Source: an uncultured bacterium (GTDB taxonomy: Bacteria; Patescibacteriota; Patescibacteriia; UBA9570; XYC2-FULL-38-9). From it: 64,000 nucleotides of DNA. The stretch is from assembly GCA_937996685.1 (NCBI GenBank), contig CALKUP010000001.1, positions 45,322-109,321 of the forward strand, read 5' to 3'. The notes below the pieces were generated by a model, which saw only the letters and a program-made list of their open reading frames with translations, searched no databases and was not told where the DNA came from. Positions 1 through 8,500 of the stretch are shown here, one piece after another (positions within the stretch are counted from its first letter, which is position 1; each line of letters starts with the position of its first letter). The position numbers and the translations under genes are program-made.

Positions 1-38
1 TGGTAGACTAATTGAGTCTAAAAGTACAGCTATTTTTT

Positions 39-1298
39 ATGAAGCAGAGTCAATTATTTCAACCCCAATTTGCACCTCTTACCGGAACAGCGACTCCAGC
101 AACCGAGCTCGACATCGCGCGCGTGACTCGCGGTCTTGTTGACATGATCCCAAAAGAGGAATTTTTGCGAAAATTACAAACCGGAGAGCGGATGCGGGTG
201 TATATTGGCGCGGACCCAACACGGCCTGATTTGCATATTGGCCATGCGGTGATTTTGCGCGCATTGCGAGGATTGCAAGACCTGGGGCATGAAGTGGTGT
301 TTTTAATTGGTGATTTCACTGGCCGAATTGGCGATCCAACGGGTAAGGATGCGGCTCGGACAGCGCTCAGCACAGAGCAAGTGATGGCGAATGCAGAAAC
401 CTATCGCGAACAAGTCCAGAAAATTATTGATTTTAGTGATTCTGCAAAAACGCCAGCTATTATGGCATTTAACGCCGATTGGCTTGGAAAGTTGTCATTT
501 GAAGATGTGATTCAGCTTGCGAGTCAGTTTACTGTGCAACAAATGCTTGAGCGCGATATGTTCGAAAATCGGATGAAAGACGGGCAACCGATTTATGTCC
601 ACGAATTTTTTTATCCAATCATGCAAGGATATGATTCTGTTGCAATGGATGTTGATGTTGAAGTTGGCGGGACAGATCAATTATTTAATATGCTCGCAGG
701 CCGCAGCTTGCTTAAAACAGCGACAGGGAAAGAAAAAATTGTCTTGACCTTCGAATTGTTACTCGGACTTGATGGCCGCAAAATGAGCAAGTCGTATGAT
801 AATTATGTTGGTATCAATGACGCGCCAAATGAGATGTACGGCAAGTTGATGTCACTCGCAGATGAGTTGATTCCAAGTTATTGGAAATTGTGCACAGACG
901 TATCGGATGCCGAAATTGAGTCTGTAAAAGCTGATTTGGCGAATGGGGTATTACATCCACGTGATGCGAAAATGAATCTCGCGCGAGCGATTGTTGAGAT
1001 CTGCCATGACATTGCGGCGGCACAAGCTGCCCAAGACGCGTTCGTGAGTCAGTTCCAAAAGAAAGAGCGTCCAGATGATATTCCAGAAGTGCGCGTCGCA
1101 GGTGAGTTGAACGCGGTTGATTTGGTGGTAAATGCAGGTTGTGCAAATTCAAAAGGGGAGGCGCGTCGCTTGATTGAACAGGGTGGTGTGAAATTGAACG
1201 ATGAAAAACTGGCTGATATTACAGCAACTGTGTCTGTAAATAGTGGTGATGTATTGCAAGTCGGCAAACGCCGTTTCGCGAAGTTGATTGTTGAATAA
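39..1298 (+). CDS. tyrS: Tyrosine--tRNA ligase
   Basis: GADPT..LHIGH, GGTDQ and KMSKS motifs, C-terminal S4 domain; ATG at 39 preferred. Confidence 0.97.
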   Translation: MKQSQLFQPQFAPLTGTATPATELDIARVTRGLVDMIPKEEFLRKLQTGERMRVYIGADPTRPDLHIGHAVILRALRGLQDLGHEVVFLIGDFTGRIGDPTGKDAARTALSTEQVMANAETYREQVQKIIDFSDSAKTPAIMAFNADWLGKLSFEDVIQLASQFTVQQMLERDMFENRMKDGQPIYVHEFFYPIMQGYDSVAMDVDVEVGGTDQLFNMLAGRSLLKTATGKEKIVLTFELLLGLDGRKMSKSYDNYVGINDAPNEMYGKLMSLADELIPSYWKLCTDVSDAEIESVKADLANGVLHPRDAKMNLARAIVEICHDIAAAQAAQDAFVSQFQKKERPDDIPEVRVAGELNAVDLVVNAGCANSKGEARRLIEQGGVKLNDEKLADITATVSVNSGDVLQVGKRRFAKLIVE

Positions 1299-1373
1299 AA
1301 AAAAGAGGCGAAGGCATCCGAAGTCGTGGACGCGGTTCCGCCTATACAGCGACGCTATGCCGTGCGTCGCTGT
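1297..1373. terminator. Two adjacent hairpins between convergent tyrS and an orphan ORF
   Basis: AGGCG..CGCCT stem next to an A-run (U-tail on the minus strand); perfect 10-bp stem ACAGCGACGC/GCGTCGCTGT at 1346-1373. Confidence 0.6.
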
Positions 1374-1413
1374 TTGTTGTTTGGTGCAGAGAGCTTGAAG
1401 TCAGGAGGTTGGC

Positions 1414-1806
1414 TTACTGCACGTAGAGGACGCAGATCTTGAGCGTCTCGAGCGCTGCCAAGATCTCGTTCAGGTGCAGCTTAGGGTCCCGTCTCCGTGT
1501 CTGGCCCGTTGTTGGGGAGCTGTCCGGGACGTTCTTCCACGGAATGCTCGCGAGATCAAACGAGATCTCGACGTCAAAGACGAGCCTGTCTGTCCACCTG
1601 TCTCCAAGGCGCGTGTGAACTGAACGCCGAGAGCTCATATGTACCGCGATGAGCGCGCGGCCTATGCCTTGAGCGCCGTAGATCGCCTCCTGGACCTGCT
1701 GGTGCGTTACCAGCGGGACCTCAGGGTTGTCCTGAATGGTGAGCCTCAGCGTTTTCGCGAAGTACGGCCTTGCTGGTTTCGTGTCTTGATTTCCGTTCTC
1801 TACCAT
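1414..1806 (-). CDS. GC-rich orphan hypothetical protein (130 aa)
   Basis: GGAGG SD before ATG; upstream TTGACA-N17-CAAAAT; downstream terminator. Confidence 0.6.
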   Translation of the reverse strand: MVENGNQDTKPARPYFAKTLRLTIQDNPEVPLVTHQQVQEAIYGAQGIGRALIAVHMSSRRSVHTRLGDRWTDRLVFDVEISFDLASIPWKNVPDSSPTTGQTRRRDPKLHLNEILAALETLKICVLYVQ

Positions 1807-1916
1807 CTTGTCCTCCGTGAAAAGTGCGTCGCCATTTTGTTCATTTTAGAGCTGTTTGTCAAATATCAATATGCCGTCTTGTGATTTTTTGGGTTTCGCA
1901 GTAAGCTGAAAGTTCT

Positions 1917-3962
1917 ATGAAATTCGAACTCGCAAGCAATTTTCAACCCTCTGGTGATCAGCCAACAGCGATTAAAACACTGGTGAATGCTGTGCAAACA
2001 GATGAAAAAGACGCTATTTTATTAGGCGTGACCGGTTCTGGAAAAACCTTCACCATGGCGAATGTGATCGCGCAGACTCAAAAACCAACGCTCATCATTT
2101 CACATAACAAAACGCTGGCGGCGCAACTTGCTGGCGAATTTCGAGAATTTTTTCCAAAAAACGCGGTTGAATATTTTGTGAGTTATTACGATTACTATCA
2201 ACCAGAAGCGTATATTGCGCGGAGTGATACCTACATCGAAAAAGAAACCGACATCAACGAAGAGATTGATCGTTTGCGGCACGCGGCTGTGCAATCGATT
2301 TTAACGCGGCGTGACACAATTATTGTCGCGAGTGTGTCATGTATTTATGGGCTCGGCAGTCCAGAGAGTTACAAGGCTGGAAGCAAGGATGTTTCAATTG
2401 GCTCATTGAATCGCGAGCAGTTGCTGATTGCGCTTGTCGACATGCAATATTCTCGCAATGATATTGATTTTCATCGCGGAAGTTTTCGGGTGCGTGGTGA
2501 TATTGTTGAAGTGTTTCAAACATCCAGTGAGCATCGGGCACTGCGGTTTGATTTTTTTGGAAATGACCTTGAAGCAATTTCAGAGTTTGATGTCTTAACT
2601 GGCGAGGTGTTCGGGAATTTTCAAACAGTGACTATTTTTCCAGCGACACTCTATCAAGCAGCAGACGAGCATTTTGCAAAAGCGGTCCAAAATATTCGCG
2701 CTGATATGGAGCGGGAAGTGGCGGCGTTTGAAAAGAAAGGGAAGCTGATTGAAGCGCAGCGCCTGGCGCAACGGACAAAGTTTGATTTGGAGATGATTGA
2801 AAACGTCGGCTATGTGAACGGGATTGAAAATTATTCGCGCTATTTTGATGGTCGCGAGCCAGGGTCGCCACCGTTTACATTAATGGATTATTTTGCGGAT
2901 GATTATTTATTGATTATTGATGAGTCGCACCAAACTATTCCGCAAATTGGTGCAATGTACGGCGGTGATCGCTCACGTAAAGAATCGCTGATTGATCACG
3001 GCTTTCGGGTGAGCGGGGCATACGATAACCGTCCACTTCAGTTTGCAGAATTTGAACAACGCATGCCGCAAACAATTTATGTCTCCGCAACTCCAGGGAA
3101 ATATGAAAAAGCGAAAACAAATGTAGTTGCTGAGCAGTTGATTCGCCCAACCGGAATTACTGAGCCGAAAATTATTGTGAAGCCTGTTGCGACGCAAGTG
3201 AAAGATGTGCTGGAGCGCGTGCGTGAGCGGATTGAAAATGGCCAAAGAGCGTTGATTACAACGCTGACAAAAAAGATGGCCGAAGAGCTGACGGAATATT
3301 TGAATGAGCAAGGCATTGCAGTGCAATATATCCATTCTGATGTTGATAATATGGAGCGTCTCGAGATTTTGCGCGATTTGCGGCTTGGGAAATATGACGT
3401 GTTGATCGGTATTAACTTATTGCGCGAAGGTTTAGACTTGCCTGAAGTGTCTCTTGTGGCAATTTTAGATGCAGACAAAGAAGGGTTTTTGCGTTCAGAA
3501 ACAGCACTGACACAAACCATGGGACGCGCTGCTCGACATTTGGAAGGCACGGCGATTTTGTATGCAGATGTGATTACCGGCTCAATGCAACGCGCGATGG
3601 ATGAAATTAATCGACGGCGCACACTGCAAGAGGAATATAATAAGGAGCACAATATTGTGCCGGCTGCGATTGTCAAAGCGATTCGAGACGACCGATTGTC
3701 TGGAATGAAAAAAGTTGAGGAAGTAGATGATTCGCTTATTGATCCAGAAATTACAGACAAGCTCGCTGAGCCAGAATTTGTGCGCGTGCTTGATGAACTT
3801 CGTGGACGAATGCATCTTGCTGCTGAGAATTTAGAGTTTGAAGAAGCCGCCCGTTTGCGGGATAATTTGGATGAGCTTGAAACAGTCTTTCGACAGAAGT
3901 TTGGTGATTTGAAAAAACTGGCGAAACAAGCCAAGTCCGGCAACAGAAAAAAACGTGGATAA
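1917..3962 (+). CDS. uvrB: Excinuclease ABC subunit B
   Basis: GVTGSGKT, YYDYYQPEAY, DESH, GINLLREGLD, C-terminal UVR domain. Confidence 0.98.
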   Translation: MKFELASNFQPSGDQPTAIKTLVNAVQTDEKDAILLGVTGSGKTFTMANVIAQTQKPTLIISHNKTLAAQLAGEFREFFPKNAVEYFVSYYDYYQPEAYIARSDTYIEKETDINEEIDRLRHAAVQSILTRRDTIIVASVSCIYGLGSPESYKAGSKDVSIGSLNREQLLIALVDMQYSRNDIDFHRGSFRVRGDIVEVFQTSSEHRALRFDFFGNDLEAISEFDVLTGEVFGNFQTVTIFPATLYQAADEHFAKAVQNIRADMEREVAAFEKKGKLIEAQRLAQRTKFDLEMIENVGYVNGIENYSRYFDGREPGSPPFTLMDYFADDYLLIIDESHQTIPQIGAMYGGDRSRKESLIDHGFRVSGAYDNRPLQFAEFEQRMPQTIYVSATPGKYEKAKTNVVAEQLIRPTGITEPKIIVKPVATQVKDVLERVRERIENGQRALITTLTKKMAEELTEYLNEQGIAVQYIHSDVDNMERLEILRDLRLGKYDVLIGINLLREGLDLPEVSLVAILDADKEGFLRSETALTQTMGRAARHLEGTAILYADVITGSMQRAMDEINRRRTLQEEYNKEHNIVPAAIVKAIRDDRLSGMKKVEEVDDSLIDPEITDKLAEPEFVRVLDELRGRMHLAAENLEFEEAARLRDNLDELETVFRQKFGDLKKLAKQAKSGNRKKRG

Positions 3963-3972
3963 TTGTAGATAT

Positions 3973-4362
3973 ATGAAAACAGTACTCGCATTTGGAACCT
4001 ACGACGTCTTTCACAAAGGGCATGAATATTTTTTGCGTGAAGCTGCGAAATTAGGCGATCGGTTAGTGGTGGTTGTTGCGCGCGATGCGAATGTTGAGCG
4101 ACTGAAAGGTCGCAAGTCACACGACTCAGAAGATGTGCGTTTGCAGAACGTTGCGGCGTTTGAAGTGGTCGATGAAGCGCGGCTTGGATATGAAGAGTGG
4201 GGGAAGCACTTGCAGGTGCTTACTGATGTTGCGCCAGATGTGATCGCGCTTGGGTATGACCAAAAAGCGAAATTGCCGCAAGAGTGGGAAGCAAAAGCTG
4301 TGCGATTAGAATCGTTTGAACCAGAAATATACAAAAGCTCGAAGTTGCGACCACAGGAATAA
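3973..4362 (+). CDS. Cytidylyltransferase-family protein (RibL/FAD synthetase-like)
   Basis: FGTYDVFHKGH (HxGH), VVVARD, PDVIALGYDQ. Confidence 0.85.
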   Translation: MKTVLAFGTYDVFHKGHEYFLREAAKLGDRLVVVVARDANVERLKGRKSHDSEDVRLQNVAAFEVVDEARLGYEEWGKHLQVLTDVAPDVIALGYDQKAKLPQEWEAKAVRLESFEPEIYKSSKLRPQE

Positions 4363-4396
4363 TGTAGTAACATTGCAAAACGTCAAGGAGGGCGTC

Positions 4397-4603
4397 ATGG
4401 CTTCGCGGGAAGAAGATGAGGTAGAAAGAATAAAAAAAGAGCTCCGTGGTCCGCAGGTGCCGCCTGTGTCGCCGCTTGCCGGCCCTGGCAGGTTCTCGTC
4501 CAGCATGAGGGGTCCCGCGGTCCACGGGCCGGGACCTGGAACATTGCACACAGACGAGGCTGATAGGTGGCCGACGCCACCCGGCTCAAAAAACCCATCC
4601 TGA
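4397..4603 (+). CDS. Small Pro/Gly-rich orphan (68 aa)
   Basis: AAGGAGG SD, GC-rich, downstream hairpin GCCTGCG..TGCAGGC plus T-run. Confidence 0.45.
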   Translation: MASREEDEVERIKKELRGPQVPPVSPLAGPGRFSSSMRGPAVHGPGPGTLHTDEADRWPTPPGSKNPS

Positions 4604-4725
4604 GTCAGTTCCCCAGGTGCGCCTGCGAAATACGATTCTTCGTGTTCTTGCAGGCCGTTTTTCCAAAGAACAGCATGCGTGCTGAGTTTTGAAAAGATGT
4701 TTTGTTGATATGGTCTCACATATGC

Positions 4726-4756
4726 TTTATATTTAGTTAGGCTTACTAAATATAAA
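4726..4756. promoter_or_regulatory. Probable MarR operator
   Basis: Perfect 12-bp inverted repeat TTTATATTTAGT-N7-ACTAAATATAAA upstream of marR. Confidence 0.7.
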
Positions 4757-4789
4757 ATAGCCCGGAGGCGTCTTTACGTAAGGGAATAT

Positions 4790-5206
4790 ATGAAAATTGA
4801 ACAAGATATCGCCCTGCAGATATATAGTCTCATGCGCCTCATGCGTAAAAATGTAACAAATACATTAACGCTCGCACATGAACTCAGTATGGTGCAGATA
4901 CAAGCATTGCAGCTTATTTCCGAAGGACACGAAACAATGCGCGTTCTCGCAAATGAGATGCATGTCAAAATGCCGACATTGACTACACATATCGATAAGC
5001 TTGAAAAAGCGGGATATGTAAAACGATCGCACGATTCAGATGATCGTCGAGTCATTCGTGTCACAATGACCGCAAAAGGAAAAACAGCTTGGAAAAAATC
5101 CATGGATGCAAAAATGGAGCGGATGCAAAAGATGCTCCAAAAAATGTCGCTCAAAGACAAAAAAGATTTACAACGAATTATTACAAACATTTCAAAAGGC
5201 CTATGA
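4790..5206 (+). CDS. MarR family transcriptional regulator
   Basis: Winged HTH, LEKAGYVKR...DDRRVIRV.MT.KG. Confidence 0.92.
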   Translation: MKIEQDIALQIYSLMRLMRKNVTNTLTLAHELSMVQIQALQLISEGHETMRVLANEMHVKMPTLTTHIDKLEKAGYVKRSHDSDDRRVIRVTMTAKGKTAWKKSMDAKMERMQKMLQKMSLKDKKDLQRIITNISKGL

Positions 5207-6891
5207 TCATGTCCGAGCTTACAAAAAACCAGAAGATCAGTGTGATGGTTGGTGTTATCCTCGCGATGCTCCTGTCAGCGCTTGATCAAACCATCGTCGC
5301 AACAGCGATGCCGCGCATTGCACAAGAGCTGAATGGCTTTGAGCATTTGAGTTGGCTCTTTACTTCATACATGCTCGCGTCGACAATCATTGTCCCTATT
5401 TACGGTAAGTTGTCAGACATGTACGGCCGTAAATATTTCTATATCAGTGGTATTATTATTTTCTTAATCGGTTCTGCATTGTCTGGCGCGGCCCAGGATA
5501 TGACACAATTGATTATCTTTCGCGCGATTCAAGGCCTTGGCGGTGGTGCGATTATGGTGAATTCATTTGCGGTGATTGGCGATATTTTCCCACCAGCAGA
5601 GCGTAGTAAATGGCAGGGGCTCATTGGCGGTGTGTTTGGATTATCTAGTGTTGCTGGGCCACTTATTGGTGGCGCGCTGACAGACGCTGGAAACTGGCGT
5701 TGGGTGTTTTATGTCAACATCCCAGTAGGAATTATTGCACTTGCAGTTGTATGGTATGTCTTGCCGCGAATTGTCCCTGAGGCGCGCAAACGCAGTATTG
5801 ATGTTCTGGGTGCGTTGACAATGGCAGCTTCGTTGATTTGTTTGTTGCTTGCGTGCGTGTGGGGTGGAACAGAATATGCATGGGGATCTTCACAAATTAT
5901 CGGATTATTTGTTGGTGCTGCTCTGTCTCTTGCTGCGTTCATCTTCATTGAATCAAAAGCGAAGGAGCCGATTCTTCCGCTTGAATTATTCAAGTCCCGC
6001 GTGTTTGTGACATCCGTTGCGACAACATTTTTAATCGGCATGGGAATGTTTGGTGCGATTTCATACATCCCACTATTCGCGCAAACAGTGATCGGCGTGA
6101 ACGCGACTCGTTCTGGATTGATTTTGACACCAATGATGGTTGGAATGATTACTTCAAGTGTATTCACAGGGCAGTATATTTCTCGTGTTGGTACATACAA
6201 AAAACTAACAATCGTAGGACTTGCTGTCGGCTCTCTTGGAATGTTCTTGTTGTCACAAATGTCAGCAGACACAACTAATCTGCAATTGATTCGAAATATG
6301 GTGATTGTCGGACTTGGTCTCGGCGTCGGCATGCCAGTCTTTAATGTGATCGTGCAAAGTGCGTTTGATCACAGCAAGCTCGGTGTTGTGACAGCGTCTG
6401 TGCAATTGTTCCGTAGCATCGGAGGAAGTGTGGGTGTAGCAATTTTTGGAACAATCTTGAACAACCGTTTAGCGGGACATATTGACGAAGCAAAAGGAAA
6501 TGCGTTTTTGCAAAATGTTGGTTCGATCGCGCCGCAGTTTAATCCTGATACATTTAATGCGAACACGCTACAGCAAGTCTTAAGTTTTCAAGGAAAGGAA
6601 CGCATCTTTGCGATGTTGCATCAAGCGCCAGCGGCTATGCAAGGACAGTTGATTTCTGGGTTTGAGCAATTTGCAGAAATGATGCGTGTTGGACTTGCCG
6701 ATTCTATCACTGTTGCTTTTACGGGTTCTGCAATTGTAATGGGCGTTGCGTTTGTGATTACATGGTTCTTGCCGGAAATTGCGATCCGCAAAACACATAG
6801 CTCGGCGCTGTCAGAAGGTGGAGCGGAACTTGCCGTAGAGCTCGGTGAATTTGATGCGGCAGACGAGCCAGAACTTGGTCGCGTAAAATAA
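5203..6891 (+). CDS. MFS DHA2 (EmrB/QacA) drug efflux transporter
   Basis: LDQTIVATAMP, GKLSDMYGRK, WRWVFYVNIP; ATGA overlap with marR. Confidence 0.93.
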   Translation: MIMSELTKNQKISVMVGVILAMLLSALDQTIVATAMPRIAQELNGFEHLSWLFTSYMLASTIIVPIYGKLSDMYGRKYFYISGIIIFLIGSALSGAAQDMTQLIIFRAIQGLGGGAIMVNSFAVIGDIFPPAERSKWQGLIGGVFGLSSVAGPLIGGALTDAGNWRWVFYVNIPVGIIALAVVWYVLPRIVPEARKRSIDVLGALTMAASLICLLLACVWGGTEYAWGSSQIIGLFVGAALSLAAFIFIESKAKEPILPLELFKSRVFVTSVATTFLIGMGMFGAISYIPLFAQTVIGVNATRSGLILTPMMVGMITSSVFTGQYISRVGTYKKLTIVGLAVGSLGMFLLSQMSADTTNLQLIRNMVIVGLGLGVGMPVFNVIVQSAFDHSKLGVVTASVQLFRSIGGSVGVAIFGTILNNRLAGHIDEAKGNAFLQNVGSIAPQFNPDTFNANTLQQVLSFQGKERIFAMLHQAPAAMQGQLISGFEQFAEMMRVGLADSITVAFTGSAIVMGVAFVITWFLPEIAIRKTHSSALSEGGAELAVELGEFDAADEPELGRVK

Positions 6892-6905
6892 TAAAGCACA
6901 AAAAG

Positions 6906-6946
6906 AAAAACGCAGATGATTGCAACAAGCACGTCTGCGTTTTTTT
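6906..6946. terminator. Bidirectional intrinsic terminator
   Basis: AAAAACGCAGA..TCTGCGTTTTT. Confidence 0.75.
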
Positions 6947-6956
6947 AATAAAGAAA

Positions 6957-7080
6957 GGCCTGAGAACAGTAGTGTGTTTGGCAGCGTGGTGGACGGTTCG
7001 CCTCGTTGGTTTCAGAAAGCAGGGAGGTGACCTTCCAAGCGCACGGCACGTTCCAGTGTCACTACTTATTCTCAGGCGCA
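6957..7080. ncRNA. Candidate structured non-coding RNA, family unassigned
   Basis: GC-rich intergenic segment closed by GCCTGAGAA/TTCTCAGGC and AGTAGTG/CACTACT stems, with further nested pairings. Confidence 0.45.
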
Positions 7081-7215
7081 GGTGTTTTACACTATGTATT
7101 ACGTCTTGGTCAAGATAGTTGCAATTTTTATCGTTTTTTGATAGTGTTTTGAGGCTCTCAAATTATATACACAAATTGTCCCAAACAATTATTATCATTC
7201 TATTTATTCATTCTT

Positions 7216-7479
7216 ATGGCAAATAAAGCAGCAGCAAAAAAAGATTTGCGCCAAACCGCAAAACGTACAGCCCGCAATAACATCAAGCGAAAATCAATCA
7301 AAGAAGCAATGAAAATGCTTGAAAAAGCGTTGAAAGAAGGCGCGTCTGACGTTGAAGCATTGGTTGTGAAGGCGCAAAAGGCGCTTGATAAAGCAGCGAA
7401 AACAAATGTGATTCACAAAAACAAAGCATCTCGCTTGAAATCACAAGTTGCAAAAAAAGCTAAAGCAGTCAAAAAATAA
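7216..7479 (+). CDS. rpsT: 30S ribosomal protein S20
   Basis: MANKAAAKK...LDKAAK.NVIHKNKASRLKS. Confidence 0.96.
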   Translation: MANKAAAKKDLRQTAKRTARNNIKRKSIKEAMKMLEKALKEGASDVEALVVKAQKALDKAAKTNVIHKNKASRLKSQVAKKAKAVKK

Positions 7480-7491
7480 TACTGTTCCTAC

Positions 7492-7519
7492 AAAAAAACC
7501 TCCAGTGCGGAGGTTTTTT
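7492..7519. terminator. Bidirectional terminator between rpsT and holA
   Basis: AAAAAACCTCC-agtgc-GGAGGTTTTTT. Confidence 0.85.
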
Positions 7520-7540
7520 ATTTTGTCCCGTTTTTCATTA

Positions 7541-8482
7541 CTACTCAGGCGTGCACAAGGTTGCAAAGAGTAGGAGAAAGCGACTTTCTGGATCCGGAAG
7601 TTTTCCGGTTTTACTGTCCGCGTCAATATGCGCTAGCTCATTCATCGCGTATTCAAGTTGTTCGACAGTAAATTTCGCGCCGCCTTCCTTGGCCTTTTTT
7701 GCGACAAATTCATGAACACCAGGCAGTGTCGCGTTTGGAGAGAGAGCGAACATCCGTAGTAAAACAAAATGTCGAAACAGAATTGTAGTGAGCAGTTGCA
7801 CTGCTGCGCCGCCGCTGACATGGGCGTGGAGTTCTTTCGCAATCGCTTGAATATTTTTACTACTCACTGCATCAGTGAGCGCAAAAAAGTTTTCCGGAGT
7901 TTCGTTGTTTTGTAATATTTCATCAACAACCGTTTTTGTAATGATTGCCGGATTTTTTTCTTGAGCCATAAACGCAAGCGACTTCACTGTGAGCGCGAGT
8001 TGCCATGTGTCAGCATGGAGCGCATTTGCAAGGTCGCGAGCAGCAGCATCTTCAATAGAGGCTCCCCAGCGAGTGGCTTCTTTTTCAACAAACGCTTTTG
8101 CTTCAAAGGCGGTGAGCGGCGCAAAGGTTTCTGTTTTTTGCGCGAGTTGCAATGCTTCTTTAAGCGTTGATTTTTTTGCGGGCATTGCATCAAGGGCGAC
8201 CAGGCAAATAACATCATCAGATAGGCTGCCGAGTGCGTGCGCGAGCGTCTCTTGATCTGTTTCTGCGAGAGCAAACGGGTCGCGAAGTACAACACATTTT
8301 TTTGTTGAAAACAAATCACCCGCAGTGAGAGCTTGTTTTATTTCGCCAATAGAAGCGACGTCGCATGAAAGGTCAGCAATTGCGCTGTCTGCTGTGTTAA
8401 ATTTTTGCACAAATGCATCACGCAAGACAGTGAGGCGTTGTCGTTTTCGAAAATGGTCTGCGCCAGTTAAAACAATGATCAT
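7541..8482 (-). CDS. holA: DNA polymerase III delta subunit
   Basis: MIIVLTGAD start, LFS.KK.VVL, FALTDAV, D..SKTG; next to rpsT and polA. Confidence 0.85.
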   Translation of the reverse strand: MIIVLTGADHFRKRQRLTVLRDAFVQKFNTADSAIADLSCDVASIGEIKQALTAGDLFSTKKCVVLRDPFALAETDQETLAHALGSLSDDVICLVALDAMPAKKSTLKEALQLAQKTETFAPLTAFEAKAFVEKEATRWGASIEDAAARDLANALHADTWQLALTVKSLAFMAQEKNPAIITKTVVDEILQNNETPENFFALTDAVSSKNIQAIAKELHAHVSGGAAVQLLTTILFRHFVLLRMFALSPNATLPGVHEFVAKKAKEGGAKFTVEQLEYAMNELAHIDADSKTGKLPDPESRFLLLFATLCTPE

Positions 8483-8500
8483 AGGGGTTCATTGTACGGA

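Noticed and set aside
3077-4120. 347-aa minus-strand ORF
   Set aside because: Antisense to uvrB and the cytidylyltransferase
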